From the human T2T-CHM13v2.0 reference genome, Homo sapiens, in NCBI RefSeq assembly GCF_009914755.1, contig NC_060935.1: a stretch of 64,000 nt of DNA. The stretch is one strand, 5' to 3'. Both the position numbers and the translations under genes were made by a program. How positions within the stretch are numbered: the stretch's first letter is position 1; each line of letters starts with the position of its first letter. A model generated the notes under the pieces. That model searched no databases. It had not been told where the DNA came from and was given only the letters and a program-made list of their open reading frames with translations. Positions 12,850-28,100 of this stretch are shown in pieces.

Positions 12850-15800
12850 AATCTGCGATTGGAGATTTGGACTGCTTTGAGGCCTACTGTAGTAAAGTAA
12901 ATAACTTCATCTAAAAACCAAACGGAAGCATTCACAGACAATTCTTAGTGATCATTGGATTGAACTAACAGAGCTGAGCATTCCCTTAGATGGCGCAGTT
13001 TCCAAACACACTTTCTGTAGAATCTGCAAGTGGATATTTGGACCTCTCTGAGGATTTCGTTGGAAAAGGGATAAACTTCCCAGAACTACACGGAAGCATT
13101 CTGAGAAACTTCTTTGTGATGTTTGCATTCAACTCACAGAGTTGAAAATTGCTTTCATAGTTCAGCTTTCAAACACTCTTTTTGTAGAATCTGCAAGTGG
13201 ATATTTGGACCACTTTGTGGCCTTCCTTCGAAACGGGTATATCTTCACATCAAACCTAGACAGAAGCATTCTCAGAATGTTTCCTGTGATGACTGCATTC
13301 AACTCACAGAGGTGAACAATCCTGTTGATGGAGCAGTTTTGAAACTCTCTTTCTTTGGATTCTGCAAGTGGATATGTGGACCTCTGTGAAGATTTCGTTG
13401 TAAACGGTTTCATCTTCACAGAAAAACTAAACAGAAGCATTCTCAGAAACTGCTTTGTGATGTTTGTGTTCCACTTCAAGAATTGAACTTTCCTCTTGAC
13501 AGAGCAGCTCTGAAACCCTCTTTTTCTAGAATCTGCAAGTGGACATTTGGAGGGCTTTGAGGCCTGTGGTGGAAAAGGAAAATCTTCACATAAAAACTAG
13601 ATGGAAGCATTCTCAGAAACTACTTTGTGATGATTGCATTCGACTCACAGAGTTGAACATTCCTATAGATAGAGCAGGTTGTAAACAATCTTTTTGTACA
13701 ATCTGCGATTGGAGATTTGGACTGCTTTGAGGCCTACTGTAGTAAAGGAAATAACTTCATCTAAAAACCAAACGGAAGCATTCACAGACAATTCTTAGTG
13801 ATCATTGGATTGAACTAACAGAGCTGAACATTCCTTTAGATGGAGCAGTTTCCAAACACACTTTCTGTAGAATCTGCAAGTGGATATTTGGACTTCTCTG
13901 AGGATTTCGTTGGAAATGGTATAAACTTCCCAAAAATACACGGAAGCATTGTGAGAAACTTCTTTGTGATGTTTGCATTCAACTCACAGAGTTGAACCTT
14001 GCTTTCTTAGTTCAGCTTTCAAACACTCTTTTTGTAGAATCTGCAAGTGGATATTTGGACCACTTTGTGGCCTTCCTTCGAAACGGGTATATCTTCACAT
14101 CAAACCTAGACAGAAGCATTCTCAGGATGTTTCCTGTGATGACTGCATTCAACTCACAGAGGTGAACAATCCTGCTGATGGAGCAGTTTTGAAACTCTCT
14201 TTCTTTGGATTCTGCAAGTGGATATGTGGACCTCTGTGAAGATTTCGTTGGAAACGGGTTCATCTTCACAGAAAAGCTAAACAGAAGCATTCTCAGAAAC
14301 TGCTTTGTGATGTTTGTGTTCCACTTCAGGAATTGAACTTTCCTCTTGACAGAGCAGCTCTGAAACCCTCTTTTTCTGGAATCTGCAAGTGGACATTTGG
14401 AGGGCTTTGAGGCCTGTGGTGGAAAAGGAAAATCTTCACATAAAAACTAGATGGAAGCATTCTCAGAAACTACTTTGTGATGATTGCATTCGACCCACAG
14501 AGTTGAACATTCCTATAGATAGAGCAGGTTGTAAACAATCTTTTTGTAGAATCTGCGATTGGAGATTTGGACTGCTTTGAGGACTACTGTAGTAAAGTAA
14601 ATAACTTCATCTAAAAACCAAACGGAAGCATTCACAGACAATTCTTAGTGATCATTGGATTGAACTAACAGAGCTGAACATTCCCTTAGATGGCGCAGTT
14701 TCCAAACACACTTTCTGTAGAATCTGCAAGTGGATATTTGGACCTCTGTGAGGATTTCGTTGGAAACGGGATAAACTTCCCAGAACTACACGGAAGCATT
14801 CTGAGAAACTTCTTTGTGATGTTTGCATTCAACTCACAGAGTTGAACCTTGCTTTCATAGTTCAGCTTTCAAACACTCTTTTTGTAGAATCTGCAAGTGG
14901 ATATTTGGACCACTTTGTGGCCTTCCTTCGAAACGGGTATATCTTCACATCAAACCTAGACAGAAGCATTCTCAGAATGTTTCCTGTGATGACTGCATTC
15001 AACTCACAGAGGGGAACAATCCTGTTGATGGAGCAGTTTTGAAACTCTCTTTCTTTGGATTCTGCAAGTGGATATATGGACCTCTGTGAAGATTTCGTTG
15101 GAAACGGTTTCATCTTCACAGAAAAACTAAACAGAAGCATTCTCAGAAACTGCTTTGTGATGTTTGTGTTCCACTTCAAGAATTGAACTTTCCTCTTGAC
15201 AGAGCAGCTCTGAAACCCTCTTTTTCCAGAATCTGCAAGTGGACATTTGGAGGGCTTTGAGGCCTGTGGTGGAAAAGGAAAATCTTCACATAAAAACTAG
15301 ATGGAAGCATTCTCAGAAACTACTTTGTGATGATTGCATTCGACTCAGAGAGTTGAACATTCCTATAGATAGAGCAGGTTGTAAACAATCTTTTTGTAGA
15401 ATCTGCGATTGGAGATTTGGACTGCTTTGAGGCCTACTGTAGTAAAGGAAATAACTTCATCTAAAAACCAAACGGAAGCATTCACAGACAATTCTTAGTG
15501 ATCATTGCATTGAACTAACAGAGCTGAACATTCCTTTAGATGGAGCAGTTTCCAAACACACTTTCTGTAGAATCTGCAAGTGGATATTTGGACCTCTCTG
15601 AGGATTTCGTTGGAAACGGGATATACTTCCCAGAACTACACGGAAGTATTCTGAGAAACTTCTTTGTGATGGTTGCATTCAACTCACAGAGTTGAACCTT
15701 GCTTTCATAGTTCAGCTTTCAAACACTCTTTTTGTAGAATCTGCAAGTGGATATTTGGACCACTTTGTGGCCTTCCTTCGAAACGGGTATATCTTCACAT

Positions 15801-16830
15801 CAAACCTTGACACAAGCATTCTCAGAATGTTTCCTGTGATGACTGCATTCAACTCACAGAGGTGAACAATCCTGCTGATGCAGCAGTTTTGAAACTCTGT
15901 GTCTTTGAATTCTGCAAGTGGATATGTGGACCTCTGTGAAGATTTCGTTGGAAACGGGTTCATCTTCACAGAAAAACTAAACAGGAGCATTCTCAGAAAC
16001 TGCTTTGTGATGTTTGTGTTCCACTTCAGGAATTGAACTTTCCTCTTGACAGAGCAGCTGTGAAACCCTCTTTTTCTACAATCTGCAAGTGAACATTTGG
16101 AGGGCTTTGAGGCCTGTGGTGGAAAAGGAAAATCTTCACATAAAAACTAGATGGAAGCATTCTCAGAAACTACTTTGTGATGATTGCATTCGACTCACAG
16201 AGTTGAACATTCCTATAGATAGAGCAGGTTGTAAACAATCTTTTTGTAGAATCTGCGATTGGAGATTTGGAATGCTTTGAGGCCTACTGTAGTAAAGGAA
16301 ATAACTTCATCTAAAAACCAAACGGAAGCATTCACAGACAATTCTTAGTGATCATTGCATTGAACTAACAGAGCTGAACATTCCTTTAGATGGAGCAGTT
16401 TCCAAACACACTTTCTGTAGAATCTGCAAGTGGATATTTGGACCTCTCTGAGGATTTCATTGGAAACGGGATAAACTTCCCAGAACTACACGGAAGCATT
16501 CTGAGAAACTTCTTTGGATGTTTGCATTCAACTCACAGAGTTGAACCTTGCTTTCATAGTTCAGCTTTCAAACACTCTTTTTGTAGAATCTGCAAGTGGA
16601 TATTTGAACCACTTTGTGGCCTTCCTTCGAAACGGGTATATCTTCACATCAAACCTAGACAGAAGCATTCTCAGAATGTTTCCTGTGATGACTGCATTCA
16701 ACTCACAGAGGTGAACAATCCTGCTGATGGAGCAGTTTTGAAACTCTCTTTCTTTGGATTCTGCAAGTGGATATGTGGACCTCTGTGAAGATTTCGTTGG
16801 AAACGGGTTCATCTTCACAGAAAAACTAAA
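12850..16830 (+). repeat. ~4 kb HOR block, copy 2 of the dispersed duplication
   Basis: See copy 1; constant offset of 9347 bp. Confidence 0.9.
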
Positions 16831-17189
16831 CAGGAGCATTCTCAGAAACTGCTTTGTGATGTTTGCGTTCCACTTCAAGAATTGAACTTTCCTCTTGACA
16901 GAGCAGCTCTGAAACCCTCTTTTTCTAGAATCTGCAAGTGGACATTTGGAGGGCTTTGAGGCCTGTGGTGGAAAAGGAAAATCTTCACATAAAAACTAGA
17001 TGGAAGCATTCTCAGAAACTACTCTGTGATGATTGCATTCGACTCACAGAGTTGAACATTCGTATAGATAGAGCAGGTTGTAAACAATCTTTTTGTAGAA
17101 TCTGCGATTGGAGATTTGGACTGCTTTGGGGCCTACTGTAGTAAAGGAAATAACTTCATCTAAAAACCAAACGGAAGCATTCACAGACA

Positions 17190-20100
17190 ATGCTTAGTGA
17201 TCATTGGATTGAACTAACAGAGCTGAACATTCCTTTAGATGGAGCAGTTTCCAAACACACTTTCTGTAGAATCTGCAAGTGGATATTTGGACCTCTCTGA
17301 GGATTTCGTTGGAAACGGGATATACTTCCCAGAACTACACGGAAGTATTCTGAGAAACTTCTTTGTGATGGTTGCATTCAACTCACAGAGTTGAACCTTG
17401 CTTTCATAGTTCAGCTTTCAAACACTCTTTTTGTAGAATCTGCAAGTGGATATTTGGACCACTTTGTGGCCTTCCTTCGAAACGGGTATATCTTCACATC
17501 AAACCTTGACAGAAGCATTCTCAGAATGTTTCCTGTGATGACTGCATTCAACTCACAGAGGTGAACAATCCTGCTGATGGAGCAGTTTTGAAACTCTCTT
17601 TCTTTGGATTCTGCAAGTGGATATGTGGACCTCTGTGAAGATTTCGTTGGAAACGGGTTCATCTTCACAGAAAAGCTAAACAGAAGCATTCTCAGAAACT
17701 GCTTTGTGATGTTTGTGTTCCACTTCAGGAATTGAACTTTCCTCTTGACAGAGCAGCTCTGAAACCCTCTTTTTCTGGAATCTGCAAGTGGACATTTGGA
17801 GGGCTTTGAGGCCTGTGGTGGAAAAGGAAAATCTTCACATAAAAACTAGATGGAAGCATTCTCAGAAACTACTTTGTGATGTTTGCATTCGATCCACAGA
17901 GTTGAACATTCCTATAGATAGAGCAGGTTGTAAACAATCTTTTTGTAGAATCTGCGATTGGAGATTTGGACTGCTTTGAGGCCTACTGTAGTAAAGTAAA
18001 TAACTTCATCTAAAAACCAAACGGAAGCATTCACAGACAATTCTTAGTGATCATTGGATTGAACTAACAGAGCTGAACATTCCCTTAGATGGCGCAGTTT
18101 CCAAACACACTTTCTGTAGAATCTGCAAGTGGATATTTGGACCTCTCTGAGGATTTCGTTGGAAACGGGATAAACTTCCCAGAACTACACGGAAGCATTC
18201 TGAGAAACTTCTTTGTGATGTTTGCATTCAACTCACAGAGTTGAACCTTGCTTTCATAGTTCAGCTTTCAAACACTCTTTTTGTAGAATCTGCAAGTGGA
18301 TATTTGGACCACTTTGTGGCCTTCCTTCGAAACGGGTATATCTTCACATCAAACCTAGACAGAAGCATTCTCAGAATGTTTCCTGTGATGACTGCATTCA
18401 ACTCACAGAACGGAACAATCCTGTTGATGGAGCAGTTTTGAAACTCTCTTTCTTTGGATTCTGCAAGTGGATATATGGACCTCTGTGAAGATTTCGTTGG
18501 AAACGGTTTCATCTTCACAGAAAAACTAAACAGAAGCATTCTCAGAAACTGCTTTGTGATGTTTGTGTTCCACTTCAAGAATTGAACTTTCCTCTTGATA
18601 GAGCAGCTCTGAAACCCTCTTTTTCCAGAATCTGCAAGTGGACATTTGGAGGGCTTTGAGGCCTGTGGTGGAAAAGGAAAATCTTCACATAAAAACTAGA
18701 TGGAAGCATTCTCAGAAACTACTTTGTGATGATTGCATTCGACTCAGAGAGTTGAACATTCCTATAGATAGAGCAGGTTGTAAACACTCTTTTTGTAGAA
18801 TCTGCGATTGGAGATTTGGACTGCTTTGAGGCCTACTGTAGTAAAGGAAATAACTTCATCTAAAAACCAAACGGAAGCATTCACAGACAATTCTTAGTGA
18901 TCATTGCATTGAACTAACAGAGCTGAACATTCCTTTAGATGGAGCAGTTTCCAAACACACTTTCTGTAGAATCTGCAAGTGGATATTTGGACTTCTCTGA
19001 GGATTTCGTTGGAAATGGTATAAACTTCCCAGAAATACACGGAAGCATTGTCAGAAACTTCTTTGTGATGTTTGCATTCAACTCACAGAGTTGAACCTTG
19101 CTTTCTTAGTTCAGCTTTCAAACACTCTTTTTGTAGAATCTGCAAGTGGATATTTGGACCACTTTGTGGCCTTCCTTCGAAACGGGTATATCTTCACATC
19201 AAACCTAGACAGAAGCATTCTCAGGATGTTTCCTGTGATGACTGCATTCAACTCACAGAGGTGAACAATCCTGCTGATGGAGCAGTTTTGAAACTCTCTT
19301 TCTTTGGATTCTGCAACTGGATATGTGGACCTCTGTGAAGATTTCGTTGGAAACGGGTTCATCTTCACAGAAAAACTAAACAGAAGCCTTCTCAGAAACT
19401 GCTTTGTGATGTTTTTGTTCCACTTCAGGAATTGAACTTTCCTCTTGACAGAGCAGCTCTGAAGCCCTCTTATTCTAGAATCTGCAAGTGGACATTTGGA
19501 GAGCTTTGAGGCCTGGGGTTGAAAAGGATAATCTTCACATAAAAACTAGATGGAAGCATTCTCAGAAACTACTTTGTGATGATTGCATTCGACTCACAGA
19601 GTTGAACATTCCTATAGATAGAGCAGGTTGTAAGCAATCTTTTTGTAGAATCTGCGATTGGAGATTTGGAATGCTTTGAGGCCTACTGTAGTAAAGGAAA
19701 TAACTTCATCTAAAAACCAAACGGAAGCATTCACAGACAATGCTTAGTGATCATTGGATTGAACTAACAGAGCTGAACATTCCTTTAGATGGAGCAGTTT
19801 CCAAACACACTTTCTGTAGAATCTGCAAGTGGATATTTGGACCTCTCTGAGGATTTCGTTGGAAACGGGATATACTTCCCAGAACTACACGGAAGTATTC
19901 TGAGAAACTTCTTTGTGATGTTTGCATTCAACTCACAGAGTTGAACCTTGCTTTCATAGTTCAGCTTTCAAACACTCTTTTTGTAGAATCTGCAAGTGGA
20001 TATTTGGACCACTTTGTGGCCTTCCTTCGAAACGGGTATATCTTCACATCAAACCTTGACAGAAGCATTCTCAGAATGTTTCCTGTGATGACTGCATTCA

Positions 20101-22100
20101 ACTCACAGAGGTGAACAATCCTGCTGATGGAGCAGTTTTGAAACTCTCTTTCTTTGGATTCTGCAAGTGGATATGTGGACCTCTGTGAAGATTTCGTTGG
20201 AAACGGGTTCATCTTCACAGAAAAGCTAAACAGAAGCATTCTCAGAAACTGCTTTGTGATGTTTGTGTTCCACTTCAGGAATTGAACTTTCCTCTTGACA
20301 GAGCAGCTCTGAAACCCTCTTTTTCTGGAATCTGCAAGTGGACATTTGGAGGGCTTTGAGGCCTGTGGTGGAAAAGGAAAATCTTCACATAAAAACTAGA
20401 TGGAAGCATTCTCAGAAACTACTTTGTGATGATTGCATTCGACCCACAGAGTTGAACATTCCTATAGATAGAGCAGGTTGTAAACAATCTTTTTGTAGAA
20501 TCTGCGATTGGAGATTTGGACTGCTTTGAGGCCTACTGTAGTAAAGTAAATAACTTCATCTAAAAACCAAACGGAAGCATTCACAGACAATTCTTAGTGA
20601 TCATTGGATTGAACTAACAGAGCTGAACATTCCCTTAGATGGCGCAGTTTCCAAACACACTTTCTGTAGAATCTGCAAGTGGATATTTGGACCTCTGTGA
20701 GGATTTCGTTGGAAACGGGATAAACTTCCCAGAACTACACGGAAGCATTCTGAGAAACTTCTTTGTGATGTTTGCATTCAACTCACAGAGTTGAACCTTG
20801 CTTTCATAGTTCAGCTTTCAAACACTCTTTTTGTAGAATCTGCAAGTGGATATTTGGACCACTTTGTGGCCTTCCTTCGAAACGGGTATATCTTCACATC
20901 AAACCTAGACAGAAGCATTCTCAGAATGTTTCCTGTGATGACTGCATTCAACTCACAGAGGGGAACAATCCTGTTGATGGAGCAGTTTTGAAACTCTCTT
21001 TCTTTGGATTCTGCAAGTGGATATATGGACCTCTGTGAAGATTTCGTTGGAAACGGTTTCATCTTCACAGAAAAACTAAACAGAAGCATTCTCAGAAACT
21101 GCTTTGTGATGTTTGTGTTCCACTTCAAGAATTGAACTTTCCTCTTGATAGAGCAGCTCTGAAACCCTCTTTTTCCAGAATCTGCAAGTGGACATTTGGA
21201 GGGCTTTGAGGCCTGTGGTGGAAAAGGAAAATCTTCACATAAAAACTAGATGGAAGCATTCTCAGAAACTACTTTGTGATGATTGCATTCGACTCAGAGA
21301 GTTGAACATTCCTATAGATAGAGCAGGTTGTAAACAATCTTTTTGTAGAATCTGCGATTGGAGATTTGGACTGCTTTGAGGCCTACTGTAGTAAAGGAAA
21401 TAACTTCATCTAAAAACCAAACGGAAGCATTCACAGACAATTCTTAGTGATCATTGCATTGAACTAACAGAGCTGAACATTCCTTTAGATGGAGCAGTTT
21501 CCAAACACACTTTCTGTAGAATCTGCAAGTGGATATTTGGACTTCTCTGAGGATTTCGTTGGAAATGGTATAAACTTCCCAGAAATACACGGAAGCATTG
21601 TCAGAAACTTCTTTGTGATGTTTGCATTCAACTCACAGAGTTGAACCTTGCTTTCTTAGTTCAGCTTTCAAACACTCTTTTTGTAGAATCTGCAAGTGGA
21701 TATTTGGACCACTTTGTGGCCTTCCTTCGAAACGGGTATATCTTCACATCAAACCTAGACAGAAGCATTCTCAGGATGTTTCCTGTGATGACTGCATTCA
21801 ACTCACAGAGGTGAACAATCCTGCTGATGGAGCAGTTTTGAAACTCTCTTTCTTTGGATTCTGCAAGTGGATATGTGGACCTCTGTGAAGATTTCGTTGG
21901 AAACGGGTTCATCTTCACAGAAAAACTAAACAGAAGCATTCTCAGAAACTGCTTTGTGATGATTTTGTTCCACTTCAGGAATTGAACTTTCCTCTTGACA
22001 GAGCAGCTCTGAAGCCCTCTAATTCTAGAATCTGCAAGTGGACATTTGGAGGGCTTTGAGGCCCGGGGTTGAAAAGGATAATCTTCACATAAAAACTAGA
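17190..22100 (+). repeat. 3-HOR (2550 bp) periodic segment
   Basis: Variant pairs at offset 2550: TGCTTAG 17191/19741, broken box 19004/21554, ORF variants 18222/20772, 18638/21188 and 19488/22038. Confidence 0.8.
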
Positions 22101-25100
22101 TGGAAGCATTCTCAGAAACTACTTTGTGATGATTGCATTCGACTCACAGAGTTGAACATTCCTATAGATAGAGCAGGTTGTAAACAATCTTTTTGTAGAA
22201 TCTGCGATTGGAGATTTGGACTGCTTTGAGGCCTACTGTAGTAAAAGAAATAACTTCATCTAAAAACCAAACGGAAGCATTCACAGACAATTCTTAGTGA
22301 TCATTGGATTGAACTAACAGAGCTGAACATTCCTTTAGATGGAGCTGTTTCCAAACACACTTTCTGTAGAATCTGCAAGTGGATATTTGGACCTCTCTGA
22401 GGATTTCGTTGGAAACGGGATATACTTCCCAGAACTACACGGAAGTATTCTGAGAAACTTCTTTGTGATGGTTGCATTCAACTCACAGAGTTGAACCTTG
22501 CTTTCATAGTTCAGCTTTCAAACACTCTTTTTGTAGAATCTGCAAGTGGATATTTGGACCACTTTGTGGCCTTCCTTGGAAACGGGTATATCTTCACATC
22601 AAACCTTGACAGAAGCATTCTCAGAATGTTTCCTGTGATGACTGCATTCAACTCACAGAGGTGAACAATCCTGCTGATGGAGCAGTTTTGAAACTCTCTT
22701 TCTTTGGATTCTGCAAGTGGATATGTGGACCTCTGTGAAGATTTCGTTGGAAACGGGTTCATCTTCACAGAAAAACTAAACAGGAGCATTCTCAGAAACT
22801 GCTTTGTGATGTTTGTGTTCCACTTCAAGAATTGAACTTTCCTCTTGACAGAGCAGCTCTGAAACCCTCTTTTTCTAGAATCTGCAAGTGGACATTTGGA
22901 GGGCTTTGAGGCCTGTGGTGGAAAAGGAAAATCTTCACATAAAAACTAGATGGAAGCATTCTCAGAAACTACTTTGTGATGATTGCATTCGACTCACAGA
23001 GTTGAACATTCCTATAGATAGAGCAGGTTGTAAACAATCTTTTTGTAGAATCTGCGATTGGAGATTTGGACTGCTTTGAGGCCTACTGTAGTAAAGGAAA
23101 TAACTTCATCTAAAAACCAAACGGAAGCATTCACAGACAATTCTTAGTGATCATTGCACTGAACTAACAGAGCTGGACATTCCTTTAGATGGAGCAGTTT
23201 CCAAACACACTTTCTGTAGAATCTGCAAGTGGATATTTGGACCTCTCTGAGGATTTCGTTGGAAACGGGATATACTTCCCAGAACTACACGGAAGTATTC
23301 TGAGAAACTTCTTTGTGATGTTTGCATTCAACTCACAGAGTTGAACCTTGCTTTCATAGTTCAGCTTTCAAACACTCTTTTTGTAGAATCTGCAAGTGGA
23401 TATTTGGACCACTTTGTGGCCTTCCTTCGAAACGGGTATATCTTCACATCAAACCTTGACAGAAGCATTCTCAGAATGTTTCCTGTGATGACTGCATTCA
23501 ACTCACAGAGGTGAACAATCCTGCTGATGGAGCAGTTTTGAAACTCTCTTTCTTTGGATTCTGCAAGTGGATATGTGGACCTCTGTGAAGATTTCGTTGG
23601 AAACGGGTTCATCTTCACAGAAAAGCTAAACAGAAGCATTCTCAGAAACTGCTTTGTGATGTTTGTGTTCCACTTCAGGAATTGAACTTTCCTCTTGACA
23701 GAGCAGCTCTGAAACCCTCTTTTTCTGGAATCTGCAAGTGGACATTTGGAGGGCTTTGAGGCCTGTGGTGGAAAAGGAAAATCTTCACATAAAAACTAGA
23801 TGGAAGCATTCTCAGAAACTACTTTGTGATGATTGCATTCGACCCACAGAGTTGAACATTCCTATAGATAGAGCAGGTTGTAAACAATCTTTTTGTAGAA
23901 TCTGCGATTGGAGATTTGGACTGCTTTGAGGCCTACTGTAGTAAAGTAAATAACTTCATCTAAAAACCAAACGGAAGCATTCACAGACAATTCTTAGTGA
24001 TCATTGGATTGAACTAACAGAGCTGAACATTCCCTTAGATGGCGCAGTTTCCAAACACACTTTCTGTAGAATCTGCAAGTGGATATTTGGACCTCTGTGA
24101 GGATTTAGTTGGAAACGGGATAAACTTCCCAGAACTACACGGAAGCATTCTGAGAAACTTCTTTGTGATGTTTGCATTCAACTCACAGAGTTGAACCTTG
24201 CTTTCATAGTTCAGCTTTCAAACACTCTTTTTGTAGAATCTGCAAGTGGATATTTGGACCACTTTGTGGCCTTCCTTCGAAACGGGTATATCTTCACATC
24301 AAACCTAGACAGAAGCATTCTCAGAATGTTTCCTGTGATGACTGCATTCAACTCACAGAGGGGAACAATCCTGTTGATGGAGCAGTTTTGAAACTCTCTT
24401 TCTTTGGATTCTGCAAGTGGATATATGGACCTCTGTGAAGATTTCGTTGGAAACGGTTTCATCTTCACAGAAAAACTAAACAGAAGCATTCTCAGAAACT
24501 GCTTTGTGATGTTTGTGTTCCACTTCAAGAATTGAACTTTCCTCTTGATAGAGCAGCTCTGAAACCCTCTTTTTCCAGAATCTGCAAGTGGACATTTGGA
24601 GGGCTTTGAGGCCTGTGGTGGAAAAGGAAAATCTTCACATAAAAACTAGATGGAAGCATTCTCAGAAACTACTTTGTGATGATTGCATTCGACCCACAGA
24701 GTTGAACATTCCTATAGATAGAGCAGGTTGTAAACAATCTTTTTGTAGAATCTGCGATTGGAGATTTGGACTGCTTTGAGGCCTACTGTAGTAAAGGAAA
24801 TAACTTCATCTAAAAACCAAACGGAAGCATTCACAGACAATTCTTAGTGATCATTGCATTGAACTAACAGAGCTGAACATTCCTTTAGATGGAGCAGTTT
24901 CCAAACACACTTTCTGTAGAATCTGCAAGTGGATATTTGGACTTCTCTGAGGATTTCGTTGGAAATGGTATAAACTTCCCAGAAATACACGGAAGCATTG
25001 TCAGAAACTTCTTTGTGATGTTTGCATTCAACTCACAGAGTTGAACCTTGCTTTCTTAGTTCAGCTTTCAAACACTCTTTTTGTAGAATCTGCAAGTGGA

Positions 25101-28100
25101 TATTTGGACCACTTTGTGGCCTTCCTTCGAAACGGGTATATCTTCACATCAAACCTAGACAGAAGCATTCTCAGGATGTTTCCTGTGATGACTGCATTCA
25201 ACTCACAGAGGTGAACAATCCTGCTGATGGAGCAGTTTTGAAACTCTCTTTCTTTGGATTCTGCAAGTGGATATGTGGACCTCTGTGAAGATTTCGTTGG
25301 AAACGGGTTCATCTTCACAGAAAAACTAAACAGAAGCATTCTCAGAAACTGCTTTGTGATGTTTTTGTTCCACTTCAGGAATTGAACTTTCCTCTTGACA
25401 GAGCAGCTCTGAAGCCCTCTAATTCTAGAATCTGCAAGTGGACATTTGGAGGGCTTTGAGGCCCGGGGTTGAAAAGGATAATCTTCACATAAAAACTAGA
25501 TGGAAGCATTCTCAGAAACTACTTTGTGATGATTGCATTCGACTCACAGAGTTGAACATTCCTATAGATAGAGCAGGTTGTAAACAATCTTTTTGTAGAA
25601 TCTGCGATTGGAGATTTGGACTGCTTTGAGGCCTACTGTAGTAAAAGAAATAACTTCATCTAAAAACCAAACGGAAGCATTCACAGACAATTCTTAGTGA
25701 TCATTGGATTGAACTAACAGAGCTGAACATTCCTTTAGATGGAGCTGTTTCCAAACACACTTTCTGTAGAATCTGCAAGTGGATATTTGGACCTCTCTGA
25801 GGATTTCGTTGGAAACGGGATATACTTCCCAGAACTACACGGAAGTATTCTGAGAAACTTCTTTGTGATGGTTGCATTCAACTCACAGAGTTGAACCTTG
25901 CTTTCATAGTTCAGCTTTCAAACACTCTTTTTGTAGAATCTGCAAGTGGATATTTGGACCACTTTGTGGACTTCCTTGGAAACGGGTATATCTTCACATC
26001 AAACCTTGACAGAAGAATTCTCAGAATGTTTCCTGTGATGACTGCATTCAACTCACAGAGGTGAACAATCCTGCTGATGGAGCAGTTTTGAAACTCTCTT
26101 TCTTTGGATTCTGCAAGTGGATATGTGGACCTCTGTGAAGATTTCGTTGGAAACGGGTTCATCTTCACAGAAAAACTAAACAGGAGCATTCTCAGAAACT
26201 GCTTTGTGATGTTTGTGTTCCACTTCAAGAATTGAACTTTCCTCTTGACAGAGCAGCTCTGAAACCCTCTTTTTCTAGAATCTGCAAGTGGACATTTGGA
26301 GGGCTTTGAGGCCTGTGGTGGAAAAGGAAAATCTTCACATAAAAACTAGATGGAAGCATTCTCAGAAACTACTTTGTGATGATTGCATTCGACTCACAGA
26401 GTTGAACATTCCTATAGATAGAGCAGGTTGTAAACAATCTTTTTGTAGAATCTGCGATTGGATATTTGGACTGCTTTGAGGCCTACTGTAGTAAAGGAAA
26501 TAACTTCATCTAAAAACCAAACGGAAGCATTCACAGACAATTCTTAGTGATCATTGGATTGAACTAACAGAGCTGAACATTCCTTTAGATGGAGCAGTTT
26601 CCAAACACACTTTCTGTAGAATCTGCAAGTGGATATTTGGACTTCTCTGAGGATTTCGTTGGAAACGGGATAAACTTCCAAGAACTACACGGAAGCATTC
26701 TGAGAAACTTCTTTGTGATGTTTGCATTCAACTCACAGAGTTGAACCTTGCTTTCATAGTTCAGCTTTCAAACACTCTTTTTGTAGAATCTGCAAGTGGA
26801 TATTTGGACCACTTTGTGGCCTTCCTTCGAAACGGGTATATCTTCACATCAAACATAGACAGAAGCATTCTCAGAATGTTTCCTGTGATGACTGCATTCA
26901 ACTCACAGAGGTGAAAAATCCTGTTGATGGAGCAGTTTTGAAACTCTCTTTCTTTGGATTCTGCAAGTGGATATGTGGACCTCTGTGAAGATTTCGTTGG
27001 AAACGGGTTCATCTTCACAGAAAAACTAAACAGAAGCATTCTCAGAAACTGCTTTGTGATGTTTGTGTTCCACTTCAAGAATTGAACTTTCCTCTTGACA
27101 GAGCAGCTCTGAAACCCTCTTTTTCTGGAATCTGCAAGTGGACATTTGGAGGGCTTTGAGGCCTGTGGTGGAAAAGGAAAATCTTCACATAAAAACTAGA
27201 TGGAAGCATTCTCAGAAACTACTTTGTGATGATTGCATTCGACCCACAGAGTTGAACATTCCTATAGATAGAGCAGGTTGTAAACAATCTTTTTGTAGAA
27301 TCTGCGATTGGAGATTTGGACTGCTTTGAGGCCTACTGTAGTAAAGTAAATAACTTCATCTAAAAACCAAACGGAAGCATTCACAGACAATTCTTAGTGA
27401 TCATTGGATTGAACTAACAGAGCTGAACATTCCCTTAGATGGCGCAGTTTCCAAACACACTTTCTGTAGAATCTGCAAGTGGATATTTGGACCTCTGTGA
27501 GGATTTAGTTGGAAACGGGATAAACTTCCCAGAACTACACGGAAGCATTCTGAGAAACTTCTTTGTGATGTTTGCATTCAACTCACAGAGTTGAACCTTG
27601 CTTTCATAGTTCAGCTTTCAAACACTCTTTTTGTAGAATCTGCAAGTGGATATTTGGACCCGTTTGTGGCCTTCCTTCGAAACGGGTATATCTTCACATC
27701 AAACCTAGACAGAAGCATTCTCAGAATGTTTCCTGTGATGACTGCATTCAACTCACAGAGGGGAACAATCCTGTTGATGGAGCAGTTTTGAAACTCTCTT
27801 TCTTTGGATTCTGCAAGTGGATATATGGACCTCTGTGAAGATTTCGTTGGAAACGGTTTCATCTTCACAGAAAAACTAAACAGAAGCATTCTCAGAAACT
27901 GCTTTGTGATGTTTGTGTTCCACTTCAAGAATTGAACTTTCCTCTTGATAGAGCAGCTCTGAAACCCTCTTTTTCCAGAATCTGCAAGTGGACATTTGGA
28001 GGGCTTTGAGGCCTGTGGTGGAAAAGGAAAATCTTCACATAAAAACTAGATGGAAGCATTCTCAGAAACTACTTTGTGATGATTGCATTCGACCCACAGA

